Counted from the first letter of the stretch, positions 10,201 through 18,673 are shown. The stretch: DNA of 64,000 nucleotides from Candidatus Marinacidobacterales bacterium (GCA_965226495.1 OZ245365.1:3267516-3331515); one strand, 5' to 3'. The notes: a model not told the origin generated them from the sequence alone. Numbers and translations are program-made.

Positions 10201-10285
10201 CGCGATCATAGCGGACGAGGTCAAGGCCCTCAACCGAGCGCTCAGGAAGAGCGGCCTCCGCGAATTGAGAACGGACCTGGAATAA
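7223..10285 (+). CDS. Sortilin/Vps10-type BNR (Asp-box) repeat glycosyl-hydrolase-like secreted protein
   Basis: WRFIGPYRGGRVT, GGVWKTTDAGLSW and repeated xDxGxSW Asp-box motifs. 1020 aa with signal peptide. Confidence 0.8.
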   Translation: MNNSYTHRTAFIGALVLIAMVPRVAAEPYDPDVYQNLEWRFIGPYRGGRVTTAVGVPGQANVYYQGATGGGVWKTTDAGLSWKNVSDGFLKTGSVGAIAVAPSDPNVVYVGMGEVCIRSNFSHGDGVYKSTDAGKTWTHVGLSDSRQIGQIRVHPENPDLVYVAALGHVFGPNEERGVFRSKDGGTSWEKVLYIDDKTGAVDLSLDVTNPNVIYAAMWQVIRKPWGILPHGPGSGIYKTTNGGDSWEELTRGLPGTGLGRIGVSVSPVNPNRVWALVEADGGDLFLSDDASVSWTMVNDDFHLQRRPYYYGHIYADTQEVDSVYVLTSPFMKSIDAGKSFAHIEVPHGDNHDLWIAPDDNNRMINANDGGANVSFDGGKSWSRIDNQPTAQFYWVITDDRFPYRVYGAQQDNTTVSIASRTATPGIAASDWYAVAGGESGYIAPKPGAPDVTYGGSYWGLMTRHDRRTGENRDVSPWPARPMGRVGADLKYRFNWTYPIVISPHDPNTIFAGANVVFRSTNEGQSWEVVSPDLTHDDKSKQRLGRLSDFYCTITSIAESKLQKDLLWVGSDDGRVHLTRNGGQEWLEVTPSEMEAWSRINVIEPSPHDAGSAYLAVNRYQLDDYRPYVYKTKDFGSSWKRVAKGIPENAFVRTVREDPKRRGLLYAGTETGVYVSFDDGENWQSLRGNLPIVPITDLAVKNDDLVAATQGRAFWILDDLTPLHQLTPEIAASPFFLFEPRDAYRVRKHRSFLRDPNTGQNPPDGVIVDYLLRDSSGVVTLEFLDADGGTIQSLNSSDQESNVTVEPGLNRFVWDMRYPDGTDLTNGSHLFGGNLRGPMAVPGTYQVRLAVSGETTSASFDIRKDPRVTATREDLQAQFDLLIAIRDGVSDAHTAANQILAAKEHVQNLSTEDANIETQAREVDLKLTAVLDELVELRFRGIDDQMLVYPLQLNAKIVSLQRVVASAERRPTDQSVEVFRVLRSQLDTQLRKLDAIIADEVKALNRALRKSGLRELRTDLE

Positions 10286-10471
10286 GGGAAGGTCTGGCCC
10301 CCTGGCTGTACGGACCGATATTGGCGGGCACCGCCGGTTATCTGGCGGTCTGCCTGGACGACGAAGTCTGGGAAGTTGTGGCCACACCTTTTTGGAAGCG
10401 GAGTTAGGCTGCGCCTCTGTCAAACGACGTAGAGCATGTTTCTGGAAACGTGCTAGCATGTAGCCCGCCTT

Positions 10472-10879
10472 ATGATTAAGCACAAGCCACTCTTCACGTC
10501 AGAGGCCCTCACCCGAGGCGTTCGGGTGCACGTCGTCTGCAAGTACTCCCCCGACCACTCTCAGCCTCAAGTGAACCGCTGGTTCTTCCTCTACACCGTC
10601 AAGATCGCGAACGAAGGAACGGCGCCGGTTCAGCTGGTGAGCCGTCATTGGATCATCGAAGACGCCGACGGCAACGTGGAGGAAGTTCGGGGACCGGGTG
10701 TGGTGGGGCAGCAGCCTGAGCTCGCTCCCGGTGAGTCCTTTCAATACACGTCGGGCTGCCCGCTCGCAACCCCGTTCGGGTCGATGCGCGGCACGTACCA
10801 AATGGTGTCCGAAGAAGGCGCCAGCTTCGACGCGGAGATCGCTCCCTTTACCCTCAGCGAGCCTTATACGATTCACTAA
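10472..10879 (+). CDS. apaG: ApaG (DUF525) protein
   Basis: HWIIEDADGNVEEVRGPGVVGQQPELAPGESFQYTSGCPLATPFGSMRGTYQM matches the ApaG consensus. Confidence 0.85.
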   Translation: MIKHKPLFTSEALTRGVRVHVVCKYSPDHSQPQVNRWFFLYTVKIANEGTAPVQLVSRHWIIEDADGNVEEVRGPGVVGQQPELAPGESFQYTSGCPLATPFGSMRGTYQMVSEEGASFDAEIAPFTLSEPYTIH

Positions 10880-10950
10880 CGCGCCACCATTTACTTGTTG
10901 ATGGGCTCTAATCCCCAGGAGATCGTTTCGAGGAGCTCCGTCCGTTTCGG

Positions 10951-11778
10951 ATGAGCGAAAAACTAATGGCGCCAAAGAAGAAGAAACTCACCGCAAGAAA
11001 TGCTGACAAACACTGGCTGTATGAGCAGAGCGTCCAAGCGCCCGAGGCGGACACCCGGTTCTTCGCTCGTTATTACAAGAAACTCACCGGTCGGAACGCT
11101 CGCGTCATGCGAGAGGACTTTTGCGGCACCTCCCAGCTCTCGTGCCACTGGGTCAAGCTCCACGGAGAAAACCGCGCTATTGGTGTGGATCTCGATGCCT
11201 CGGTATTGAAGTGGGCACGCACGAACAACGTCAGCCTGCTGACCGAAGATCAGCGACGGCGCCTGCGCTTGATCCGAAATAACGTGCTCGCGGTTCGCCA
11301 TCCGAAGGCCGACATCGTGGCGGCCATGAACTTCAGTTATTCGGTGTTCCAAACCCGCGAAACGCTCGGCGCATACATCAAGAACGCCTACCGGTCACTG
11401 AACAAGCACGGTGTCCTGTGTATGGATGCGTGGGGCGGTGCCGACACACTCATCACCACCGTAGAGAAACGCCGACAGCAGGGTTTTACGTACGTTTGGG
11501 ACCAAGTCGATTTCGATCCGATCACGTTTCACATCCTTTGCAAGATCCACTTCGAGTTCCGTGACGGCTCGCGGATGCGCAACGCGTTCATTTACGATTG
11601 GCGCCTGTGGACATTGCCGGAAATGCAGGAGCTCATGGTCGAGGCTGGGTTCAAAGACGTGCACGTGCTCTGGGAAGGAACCGAACGTAGCACGGGCGAG
11701 GGTAACGGTGCGTTTCGCCGCACCGAAAAAGGAGGCGACGAGGCGGCATGGATCGCCTACGTCGTCGGAAAAAAATGA
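10951..11778 (+). CDS. hypothetical protein, possibly a class I SAM-methyltransferase-like fold
   Basis: 275-aa ORF. Weak motif-I-like EDFCGTSQLS...AIGVDLD. Otherwise unrecognised. Confidence 0.35.
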   Translation: MSEKLMAPKKKKLTARNADKHWLYEQSVQAPEADTRFFARYYKKLTGRNARVMREDFCGTSQLSCHWVKLHGENRAIGVDLDASVLKWARTNNVSLLTEDQRRRLRLIRNNVLAVRHPKADIVAAMNFSYSVFQTRETLGAYIKNAYRSLNKHGVLCMDAWGGADTLITTVEKRRQQGFTYVWDQVDFDPITFHILCKIHFEFRDGSRMRNAFIYDWRLWTLPEMQELMVEAGFKDVHVLWEGTERSTGEGNGAFRRTEKGGDEAAWIAYVVGKK

Positions 11779-11876
11779 TGGTTTCCCTCCTCTATTCCTC
11801 TCCCTCTAGGCCTTGCGGCCGTCAAAATATGTTGTGCCAGCAAAAGAGGTGGCCAGACGGCGGTGAGGGGTGACAG

Positions 11877-12782
11877 GTGGGCCTGAATCAAGGCTACTCC
11901 TATCGACAGAGACTGGGCTCCGAAGCCGCGGATCTCACCGTCCTCGAATACCTCAGCCGACGCTACCAGCATTCTTCCGCCGACCAGTGGCGAGCCAGGA
12001 TCGAAGCGGGGCTAGTCCTGCTCGACGGAGAACCCGCCGCTTCTGGTGAAATCATCCACACCGGTCAAACGCTGGTCTGGCGCCGACCACCCTGGCAAGA
12101 ACCGAACGCCCCGGTTTCGTTTGCCGTCCTTCACGAGGACGAGCACGTGCTGGCAATTGCGAAACCGACCGGGCTTCCGACGCTTCCCGGTGGCGGCTTT
12201 CTGGTCAACACGCTTCTCAGTATCGTGCGCAAACACTATCCAGACGCGACGCCTCTTCACCGATTGGGCCGCGCGACCTCTGGGATCATGCTCTGGGCGC
12301 GAACCGGCCTGGCACGTCGCCGGTTGCGACAAGCTTGGGAGACGGATGTCGTCAGAGTGTACCGGACGTTGGTCCAGGGCGTGATCGATCAAGAGGAGCT
12401 GACGGTCGAAACACCCATCGGGGCCGTGCCGCACTTGCTGCTTGGTACCGTCTATGCGGCCACCCCCGCTGGCAAGCCTTCCCTGAGTCGGGTCCGAACG
12501 CTCGAGCGATCCAGCAACACGTCCTTGGTCGAGGTCCGGCTGGAAACCGGAAGACCCCATCAAATCCGAATCCACCTCGCGGCAGCCGGTTATCCACTGG
12601 TTGGAGATCCGCTTTACGACATCGGTGGCGTGCCGAAAGCGAAGAGTCGTGCCCTTCCAGGAGACCTTGGCTACCTCCTTCACTCGGAACGAGTGACCTT
12701 CCGGCACCCCGGCACCGAGCGACTCATTGAAGTGGCGTGTCTCCCACCCCCGCTTCTGAGATTGACAAGAAACCCCTTATAA
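11877..12782 (+). CDS. RluA-family pseudouridine synthase
   Basis: HRLGRATSGIMLWAR and HQIRIHLAAAGYPLVGDPLY motifs. Confidence 0.85.
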   Translation: MGLNQGYSYRQRLGSEAADLTVLEYLSRRYQHSSADQWRARIEAGLVLLDGEPAASGEIIHTGQTLVWRRPPWQEPNAPVSFAVLHEDEHVLAIAKPTGLPTLPGGGFLVNTLLSIVRKHYPDATPLHRLGRATSGIMLWARTGLARRRLRQAWETDVVRVYRTLVQGVIDQEELTVETPIGAVPHLLLGTVYAATPAGKPSLSRVRTLERSSNTSLVEVRLETGRPHQIRIHLAAAGYPLVGDPLYDIGGVPKAKSRALPGDLGYLLHSERVTFRHPGTERLIEVACLPPPLLRLTRNPL

Positions 12783-12792
12783 TAATCTCGCC

Positions 12793-13524
12793 ATGTCGCG
12801 AACCGCCGCCGCCCTCATCATCGGGAACGAGCTCCTCGGCGGCAAAATCCAGGAAAGCAACCTCCGCCAGCTCGCCCAGCTCTTGCGGCAACTCGGCATC
12901 AGCCTGAACCGTACCGTGATCGTGGCGGACGATGTAGCAACCATATCGCAAGAAGTCGCGGCGCTGTCTTCGGCCCATGACTTCCTCTTCACGAGCGGCG
13001 GAGTCGGCCCAACCCACGACGACGTCACGATGGAGGGAGTCGCTTCCGCCTTCGGCGTGCCGGTGGTGACCGATCCCGTCCTCGAAGAGAAGCTGCGTCT
13101 GCATTTCGGAGACAGTATCAACGAGAACCATCTCCGCTTGGCTCTGGTACCGCGAGGCACGCTTTTACTCTCCAACGCCAACTCACTTTGGCCGGCGACA
13201 GTCATGGCGAACGTGTGGATCCTGCCGGGAATCCCGGAAGTGTTTCAGAAGAAACTGCCGATCGTGCAAGAGCACTTGGGCGGAGACTTGCCGTTCCTAT
13301 CGCGTGCGGTCTACACCAAGCTCGATGAAGCCGATCTCGCTCCCCTGTTGAACGAAGTCGTTCGCAACCACCTGACAGTCGATATTGGCTCCTACCCGAC
13401 GTGGGCGGATCGGAAATACAGTACGAAGCTGACCTTCGATGGAAAGGACGGCGATGCCATTAGCCGGGCGGTAGATGAATTCGTAGCTTTGCTGCCCGAT
13501 GGCGAGCCCCAGTGGATCGAATAG
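12793..13524 (+). CDS. CinA-N/MoCF-type molybdopterin-binding domain protein
   Basis: AALIIGNELLGGKIQESN...FLFTSGGVGPTHDDVTME matches MoCF_biosynth/CinA N-terminal domain. Confidence 0.75.
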   Translation: MSRTAAALIIGNELLGGKIQESNLRQLAQLLRQLGISLNRTVIVADDVATISQEVAALSSAHDFLFTSGGVGPTHDDVTMEGVASAFGVPVVTDPVLEEKLRLHFGDSINENHLRLALVPRGTLLLSNANSLWPATVMANVWILPGIPEVFQKKLPIVQEHLGGDLPFLSRAVYTKLDEADLAPLLNEVVRNHLTVDIGSYPTWADRKYSTKLTFDGKDGDAISRAVDEFVALLPDGEPQWIE

Positions 13525-13549
13525 CCCCTCCGGGGGCGCGGAGGTACGT

Positions 13550-13885
13550 ATGAGGTTGATCGTATCCATTTCTTTTTTCCTTCTCTCTTCCACCACGCTG
13601 TGTGCCCAATTTTTCGAACCTGAAGTCTATGAGACGCGACGCGAGGCGGTGCTGGAGAATTTGGGCGAGGCGATCGCGATCGTTCCTGGTTACTCCGGGG
13701 CGCTGGGCATGGGTGTCTACCGACAGTCGGCCCACCTCATTTACTTGGCAGGTGTGGAAACTCCCAACGCCTATTTGGTCCTGGACGGTCGCTCGAAACG
13801 GTACTTCGTTGCCCCTCAGCCTGTCTCGCATTCACTGGACACCGGGCGCAAAAACGCTTTTCTACGAAGCGAAAGGCTCACATGA
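13550..13885 (+). pseudogene. truncated N-terminal fragment of a secreted Xaa-Pro aminopeptidase (AMP_N domain)
   Basis: Signal peptide then YRQSAHLIYLAGVETPNAYLVLDG, resembling FRQDSDFYYLTGFNEPEAVLVL of the PepP N-terminus. The ORF ends after about 110 aa where the transposase remnant begins. Confidence 0.45.
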
Positions 13886-14312
13886 CGACCCCCTCGCTTC
13901 TCATCCGCGAGGCGAGGCCCTCGATGTCTTCGAGTTCCTGGCCCGAGTCCTCACGCAAATCCCCAAGCCTCGGCAACACGGCGTGCACTACATGGGCGCC
14001 TACTCCTCGAGAGCGCGCGCCTTTCGAAAAAGGAAAAACCGCCGCCTGCAATCACTCACCAGCCAACAAAACCCCAAAGCCAACTCTGAGCCGAACCTGT
14101 CTCCCAAAAAGCGTGCCGCGCTCAGAAAAAGATGGGCACAGCTCATCAAGCTCATCAGGCGCGTTCATCAGACCGACCCTCTCCGGTGCGACTGCGGAGG
14201 CACCTATCGCGTCATCGCCTTCATCACCGAGCAGAAGGTGATTCGGAAAATCTTGGCTCATCTCGAAAAAAGAAGAAGAAAAAGCGACTCGCACCCGCCA
14301 CCCGAGCCCTAG
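13854..14312 (+). mobile_element. IS91-family (Y2-type, rolling-circle) transposase C-terminal remnant
   Basis: VFEFLARVLTQIPKPRQHGVHYMGAYSSRARA and C-terminal zinc-finger tail RCDCGGTYRVIAFITEQKVIRKILAHL are typical of the IS91 TnpA C-terminus. The catalytic N-terminal part is absent. Confidence 0.6.
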
Positions 14313-14604
14313 TCACTGGCTTCACACCACGCCACTTGTCCGTTACCCCGACACCAGACGGCCGGAGTGTTTCTTCAACACCTAACTCCCCCGGCGGGAG
14401 ACACTTCTCAACCGCCTTGCCCCGTTTGCTCGAGTTCTGCTACCCTCACCAGGACTCACTCGGACTGCACAGACCCATTCTGGTGGGGAAAACTCGCGGG
14501 CCGGCGCTCGGGAGCGTATGAATTTTCCTATCCTTTATCCTTTCTCCACGAACGCCCGTTAAGCGTCCTGCCCCCCTAATGTAGCGCGCCGTCCGAGCAA
14601 AAGT

Positions 14605-15963
14605 TCACTGGCGCTCGCTCACTCCGGTTGCCTCAATCGGTAGGGTAATTGTGAATTCGGTGCCCTTTCCCACCTGGCTGGCTACTTCTATCTGGCCACG
14701 GTGTTTGTGCACAATGTGCCGAGCGGCCGTTAAGCCCAGGTTCGCTCCGACTCTAGAACCTTGGGATCGAAAGCCCAAATCGAAGAGGGTCCTCGCGTCT
14801 TCCGGCGACATGCCTTTTCCGGTATCTAAGATCTTAGACGTAGAGGGTCCTCGCGTCTTCCGGCGAACACTCTTCTCCTTCGTGAAAGTTCTAATTGTGA
14901 CGCTGCCCCGCCATTCAACCGCCTGTATGGCAGTCATCAGTAAAGCCATGAAGACTTGGTTGAGCTCGCCGTGGTTACCATGAATCTCCGGAATACAGCC
15001 ATACTCTTTTACCAAACTTATTCCCTCCTTAATTTCGTTTTGAATTAAGGTTAGGGTACTTTCAATTCCTTCGTGAATGTTGGCCTTCTGGAATTCGCCT
15101 TCGTCCAATCTAGTAAAACTCTTCAAACTCTTTGCTATTCTGGCGATTCTGTCACTGGCAGATGAAGAAGTCTGACTATTTTCTTGGAGAATTCTAAGGC
15201 ACTCTTGATAATCACGACTATTCTTGACTTCAGCAGGCGTTTCGCTATTTTCCAAAATCTGCTCCAACCTAGCGACAGAACGAATTAACACGTCCGCATT
15301 ACCCTTAATCACGCCAATAGGCGTATTGATTTCGTGAACAATGCCTGCGGTAAGCTGTCCGAGGGCCGCCATCTTCTCAGATTGAACCAATTGAGCCTGG
15401 GCAGTTTGTAACTCGCTCTCCACTCGCTTGCGCTCCAGTTCAGCGGTGGCTCGTGCAGCGAAGATTTTGAAAATCGACAGGTCACGATGTTCACCAGTCA
15501 TGGGCTTATCATCTAACGTGGCCAAGTGGCCTAGCACATCGCCCGAAGAGTCGACTAGTGGTATCGCCAGATAGCTCTCCGCACCTAATTCGACGAGTGC
15601 TTCATCCTCCGGAAAAGCAGATTGCACATTTTCAGCATAGCGACAAATCTCGCCGCGCAACACTTTCTCGCAGGGTGTTCCAGCAAGATTGTAGCCATAG
15701 TTGTCCATAAAGCTATGGTCTTTCCAAAAGGCCAGTGTTCTGACTCTGGTTTTCACCTCCGTAAACTCGGAAATGAAGGCATAGCGTACGTGAAGCGCGC
15801 AGGCAAGATTTCGGACAAGCGAACGAAAAAAATCATCGCCCGTCAATGGAGCTGTACCTTCAATGATCGTGCGGAATATGTCATCCCGACTTGCTTGGGT
15901 TCTCTGCATCGCTGTCGGGCCCACAACACTCGATCCAAAGGACTGACTGACGCAATAGCTCAT
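14605..15963 (-). CDS. soluble GAF-domain sensor histidine kinase
   Basis: N-terminal GAF. HisKA block VHEINTPIGVIKGNADVL. HATPase_c with DTGKGMSPED, GLGFRS and GANLGLTAARHIV. Its start overlaps the upstream sigma stop (ATGA). Confidence 0.85.
   Translation of the reverse strand: MSYCVSQSFGSSVVGPTAMQRTQASRDDIFRTIIEGTAPLTGDDFFRSLVRNLACALHVRYAFISEFTEVKTRVRTLAFWKDHSFMDNYGYNLAGTPCEKVLRGEICRYAENVQSAFPEDEALVELGAESYLAIPLVDSSGDVLGHLATLDDKPMTGEHRDLSIFKIFAARATAELERKRVESELQTAQAQLVQSEKMAALGQLTAGIVHEINTPIGVIKGNADVLIRSVARLEQILENSETPAEVKNSRDYQECLRILQENSQTSSSASDRIARIAKSLKSFTRLDEGEFQKANIHEGIESTLTLIQNEIKEGISLVKEYGCIPEIHGNHGELNQVFMALLMTAIQAVEWRGSVTIRTFTKEKSVRRKTRGPSTSKILDTGKGMSPEDARTLFDLGFRSQGSRVGANLGLTAARHIVHKHRGQIEVASQVGKGTEFTITLPIEATGVSERQ
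15918..15963 (-). repeat. 46-nt sequence spanning the kinase start codon; copy A of a dispersed direct repeat
   Basis: 41 of 46 nt identical to 18171..18216 in the same orientation. Confidence 0.85.
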
Positions 15964-16811
15964 TGTAAGCTCCTTCTTCTAACGTCGTTTCTCAGAGAGT
16001 TTCGATCCGCCGTTCTAGGTTTCGGTGCCAACCGAGCCCGAGAGCCTCGGGGTCCTCGCGGGAGACAAGGTTGCTCGCTTGCGACGCGCAGCTTTGCTGG
16101 CCCATCTGTCTCTTGATAGCGCTCGAGCGCGTTTCGAACCTTCGTGCGTCCCCGGTGGAGCAACACTTTTTGATTGGCCTCGGTCAGTCCAAGTACTTGA
16201 CAGACCTCTTCCGCGGACCAGCCCTCGATATCCCGCAGGGTGACGACCTCGGCTTGTCGCGGGGGCATCGACTGAAGTTCCTTCCGGATCATCGTGATCG
16301 TTTCTGTCGACAAGAGACGATCTTCGGGCGTCTGTCTCCATCGGCGAGGCGGGGACATCCAGGCGTGTCGATCGTCTGAGAATCGCTCGGCTGCCGCCGC
16401 AAGATTGTCGGCAGGGTTCTCGATTTCACTCAGGGACGAAAACGGGACCGTCCGTCGTTCCCTCTTGGCTCTCGTTCGCGCGACATTCATGAGAATCGAG
16501 AAGATCCAAGTTTTGAGTGAAGAGCGACCCTCGAAGCGCTCCAGGCCTCGAATCGCCGCGAGCCAAGTCTCCTGAACTACCTCTTCCGCCATCTCTCGAT
16601 CAGAAAGGACCGATCTCGCGAGGCCAAGCATGGACGACGAGAGCCGCTCGAGCAAGACCTCGAACGCCCTCTCGTTGCCGGCCCGGAGTGCCTCTATGAA
16701 GTCCTTCTCTTGATGGTATCCGTCGGCGCTCTGCCCCCGCTGGAGAGGCCACAGGATGGTGGTCGGGCTCGTTGCAACCGTTTCCATTTGCTGGGTCATG
16801 TGCTGGGTCAT
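15960..16811 (-). CDS. ECF-type sigma-70 family sigma factor with a C-terminal extension of about 50 aa
   Basis: Region 2 (VQETWLAAIRGLERFEGRSSLKTWIFSILMNVA) and region 4 (EVVTLRDIEGWSAEEVCQVLGLTEANQKVLLHRGRTKVRNAL). Probable start MTQHMTQQME. Confidence 0.85.
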   Translation of the reverse strand: MTQHMTQQMETVATSPTTILWPLQRGQSADGYHQEKDFIEALRAGNERAFEVLLERLSSSMLGLARSVLSDREMAEEVVQETWLAAIRGLERFEGRSSLKTWIFSILMNVARTRAKRERRTVPFSSLSEIENPADNLAAAAERFSDDRHAWMSPPRRWRQTPEDRLLSTETITMIRKELQSMPPRQAEVVTLRDIEGWSAEEVCQVLGLTEANQKVLLHRGRTKVRNALERYQETDGPAKLRVASEQPCLPRGPRGSRARLAPKPRTADRNSLRNDVRRRSLQ

Positions 16812-16965
16812 GGAATTTCTCCTTTCCTGGAAAGCAATTTGCCAGTGGCCCCTCTGGAACACCATGCCGAGCAGATCACGGGTGCGTCAAAGCGTCTTCA
16901 CGATGCAAATAATTGATTCTTAAAGAGTTGGTGAGTTGGATCACGCAGAAAAGGGTGGGTTGCCC

Positions 16966-17000
16966 CAAGGAAAAAGGTCCCGCGCCTTTCGGCGGGGACC
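16966..17000 (-). terminator. putative intrinsic terminator downstream of the cytochrome P460 gene
   Basis: GC-rich hairpin ggtcccgcgcc/tttc/ggcggggacc. It is followed on the minus strand by CCUUUUUCC. Confidence 0.5.
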
Positions 17001-17025
17001 TCGAGGATGAGCGCCAAACCCTAAG

Positions 17026-18231
17026 CTATTTGGGCGGATACTCCGTCAAGACAAAGTCCTTGCCCGTGGAGTGGCAGCCGGAGCAGAGGGGAAGGCCGTT
17101 GCCAACCCCGACAATGTCACTGCTGTCTTCCGTGTTGGTCGTTTCGTACCAGAACCAACCCTGCCCTTGAGCGCTGTCTTCTTGGGTCTTGACCATCACC
17201 GCCCAGCCGAGAAGCTCGGAACCATCCTCGCTGTACATTTCCTTCACGATCGATGAGCCGGCCGGATGCGACGCATTTCCTGCCGCGAGGGAAGCGTCGA
17301 TCTTGGCATCCAAGTAGACGCGAACCGGCCAGCTGAACTTGGCATGGGGTCCTCGGGAAGCGTGTTTCTCAGATTCTTGGCTCTCGAATGACCTGTATGA
17401 GCCAGCTTTGAGGAATTCGTGAAGCCTTTGGGCTTCGGTGGGCACGACCGAGTCCACGGTAGGTGTATCGGCTGTCGCTTTCATGGCCGACTCGGACGCG
17501 CCGAGCATCGTATCCGCCATGCGATCGTACGACTCGTCGCCGCTTCGCATCGCCGCGCCGCTGGGAGACGCTGAGGAAGGAGAGCCCAGAGAGCTCTGCC
17601 GCGGCCCCTTTGCGGCGCGCAGCACCGGATAGTACTGGGTAAAGACCCCATTATCCGCGGCAGCCGCTTCGTGGCAGGAGCTACATGCCGCGGCTGGGAA
17701 TTTCTCTGCGGTGTCCGCAAGCGGATAGCTATGGCCGAAGCTGAAGTAAGCCCAGTTCCCTGGCTCGTCGGGAAAACGGTTCGAGTCCTTGACAGCGGCC
17801 TCCAAACCGATGAACTCGCCCATGAAGTAGCCTCTACCGCTAGCGGCCGCCTTCGAGCCCACGCTGACGAGCTCCTTGACCAGGACTGTCCCCTCCCGGA
17901 AATTTCCGGTTTCCATGTAGTGGTCGTAGCTCTCGGGATCGATATAGACGTTGTGGAAGTCCGGGAACGGCGCTTCGGGCGGATTCATGTCGTTGGGTGT
18001 CAGCGGCGTTCCGATGTACACCCACGTCCGGTAACCCGTGGGCCGGATGAGCCAACCCTGGCCATCGAAGTGGACCGGCGTTTCCTCCTGCGGTGGCTCG
18101 GCCGTCGCAAAGAGAGCAGGACTGAGGATGTAGCTCGATGCGAGAACCGTCAGCCCCATAACAACGGCCAGGCCCACAACCCTCGATCCAAAGGACTGAA
18201 TGACGCGATACTTCATTTGCATTTCGTTCAT
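17026..18231 (-). CDS. tandem two-domain cytochrome P460-family haem protein, secreted
   Basis: Two repeats of the P460 pattern: G(T/S)VLVKE...GNWAYFSF...CSSCHEAAAADNGVFTQYYP and IVKEMY...GWFWYET...CSGCHSTGKDFVLTEYP. N-terminal signal/TM. The alternative start MKYRV lies at 18216. Confidence 0.75.
   Translation of the reverse strand: MNEMQMKYRVIQSFGSRVVGLAVVMGLTVLASSYILSPALFATAEPPQEETPVHFDGQGWLIRPTGYRTWVYIGTPLTPNDMNPPEAPFPDFHNVYIDPESYDHYMETGNFREGTVLVKELVSVGSKAAASGRGYFMGEFIGLEAAVKDSNRFPDEPGNWAYFSFGHSYPLADTAEKFPAAACSSCHEAAAADNGVFTQYYPVLRAAKGPRQSSLGSPSSASPSGAAMRSGDESYDRMADTMLGASESAMKATADTPTVDSVVPTEAQRLHEFLKAGSYRSFESQESEKHASRGPHAKFSWPVRVYLDAKIDASLAAGNASHPAGSSIVKEMYSEDGSELLGWAVMVKTQEDSAQGQGWFWYETTNTEDSSDIVGVGNGLPLCSGCHSTGKDFVLTEYPPK
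18171..18216 (-). repeat. 46-nt sequence spanning the P460 start codon; copy B of the dispersed direct repeat
   Basis: 41 of 46 nt identical to 15918..15963. Confidence 0.85.
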
Positions 18232-18349
18232 ACAGATACAGTCTCCCGCTGCAGATTTCCGTTACGCTGTTCGGTCGGAATCCGTGTAACGAAAAGGCAG
18301 GGACGGAAGACTTGTCATAGTGCCGGAACTGATCCCTTCGGAATACTCG

Positions 18350-18598
18350 ATGGCGCCTGACGCACTCACTTGCCGGGAGCTCGCAGAGCTCCTCACCGAC
18401 TACCTAGAGGAATCGCTTCCCGCTCCCCAGCGGAAACGGTTCGAAGCGCACCTACGCAATTGCAAGAGTTGTCAGGACGACCTGGAGGAAATGCGGGCAA
18501 CGTTGATTGCCCTGAGGCGTCTACCCAGGGAGTCTCTAAAACTGGCGACGAAGCACAGGCTGCTTCGGGCATTCAGAAGATGTACTCAACGGCATTAG
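18350..18598 (+). CDS. small zinc-finger (ZAS-like) anti-sigma-factor-like protein
   Basis: 82 aa with a HLRNCKSCQDDLEE HxxxCxxC motif typical of ZAS anti-sigma N-domains. Divergent from the P460 gene. Confidence 0.5.
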   Translation: MAPDALTCRELAELLTDYLEESLPAPQRKRFEAHLRNCKSCQDDLEEMRATLIALRRLPRESLKLATKHRLLRAFRRCTQRH

Positions 18599-18673
18599 CT
18601 GTTCGACAACATCTACGTTGACACCCAGCGGACAAATCGAACTTAGGAGATGGGAAGAAAACTGCCCGGTTCG

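Noticed and set aside
15918-18216. Interpreting the 46-nt direct repeats as a transposon target-site duplication or integrase att sites
   Set aside because: 46 nt is far too long for a TSD. The sequence between the copies (sigma gene plus P460 body) has no integrase, transposase or terminal inverted repeats. The repeat ends exactly at two start codons.
15622-18360. Plus-strand ORFs 15622..16116 and 17671..18360 sharing a similar internal peptide (…NTRSKGLTDAIAHC… / …NPRSKGLNDAILHL…)
   Set aside because: These are antisense shadows of the 46-nt repeat at the kinase and P460 starts, not a duplicated protein.
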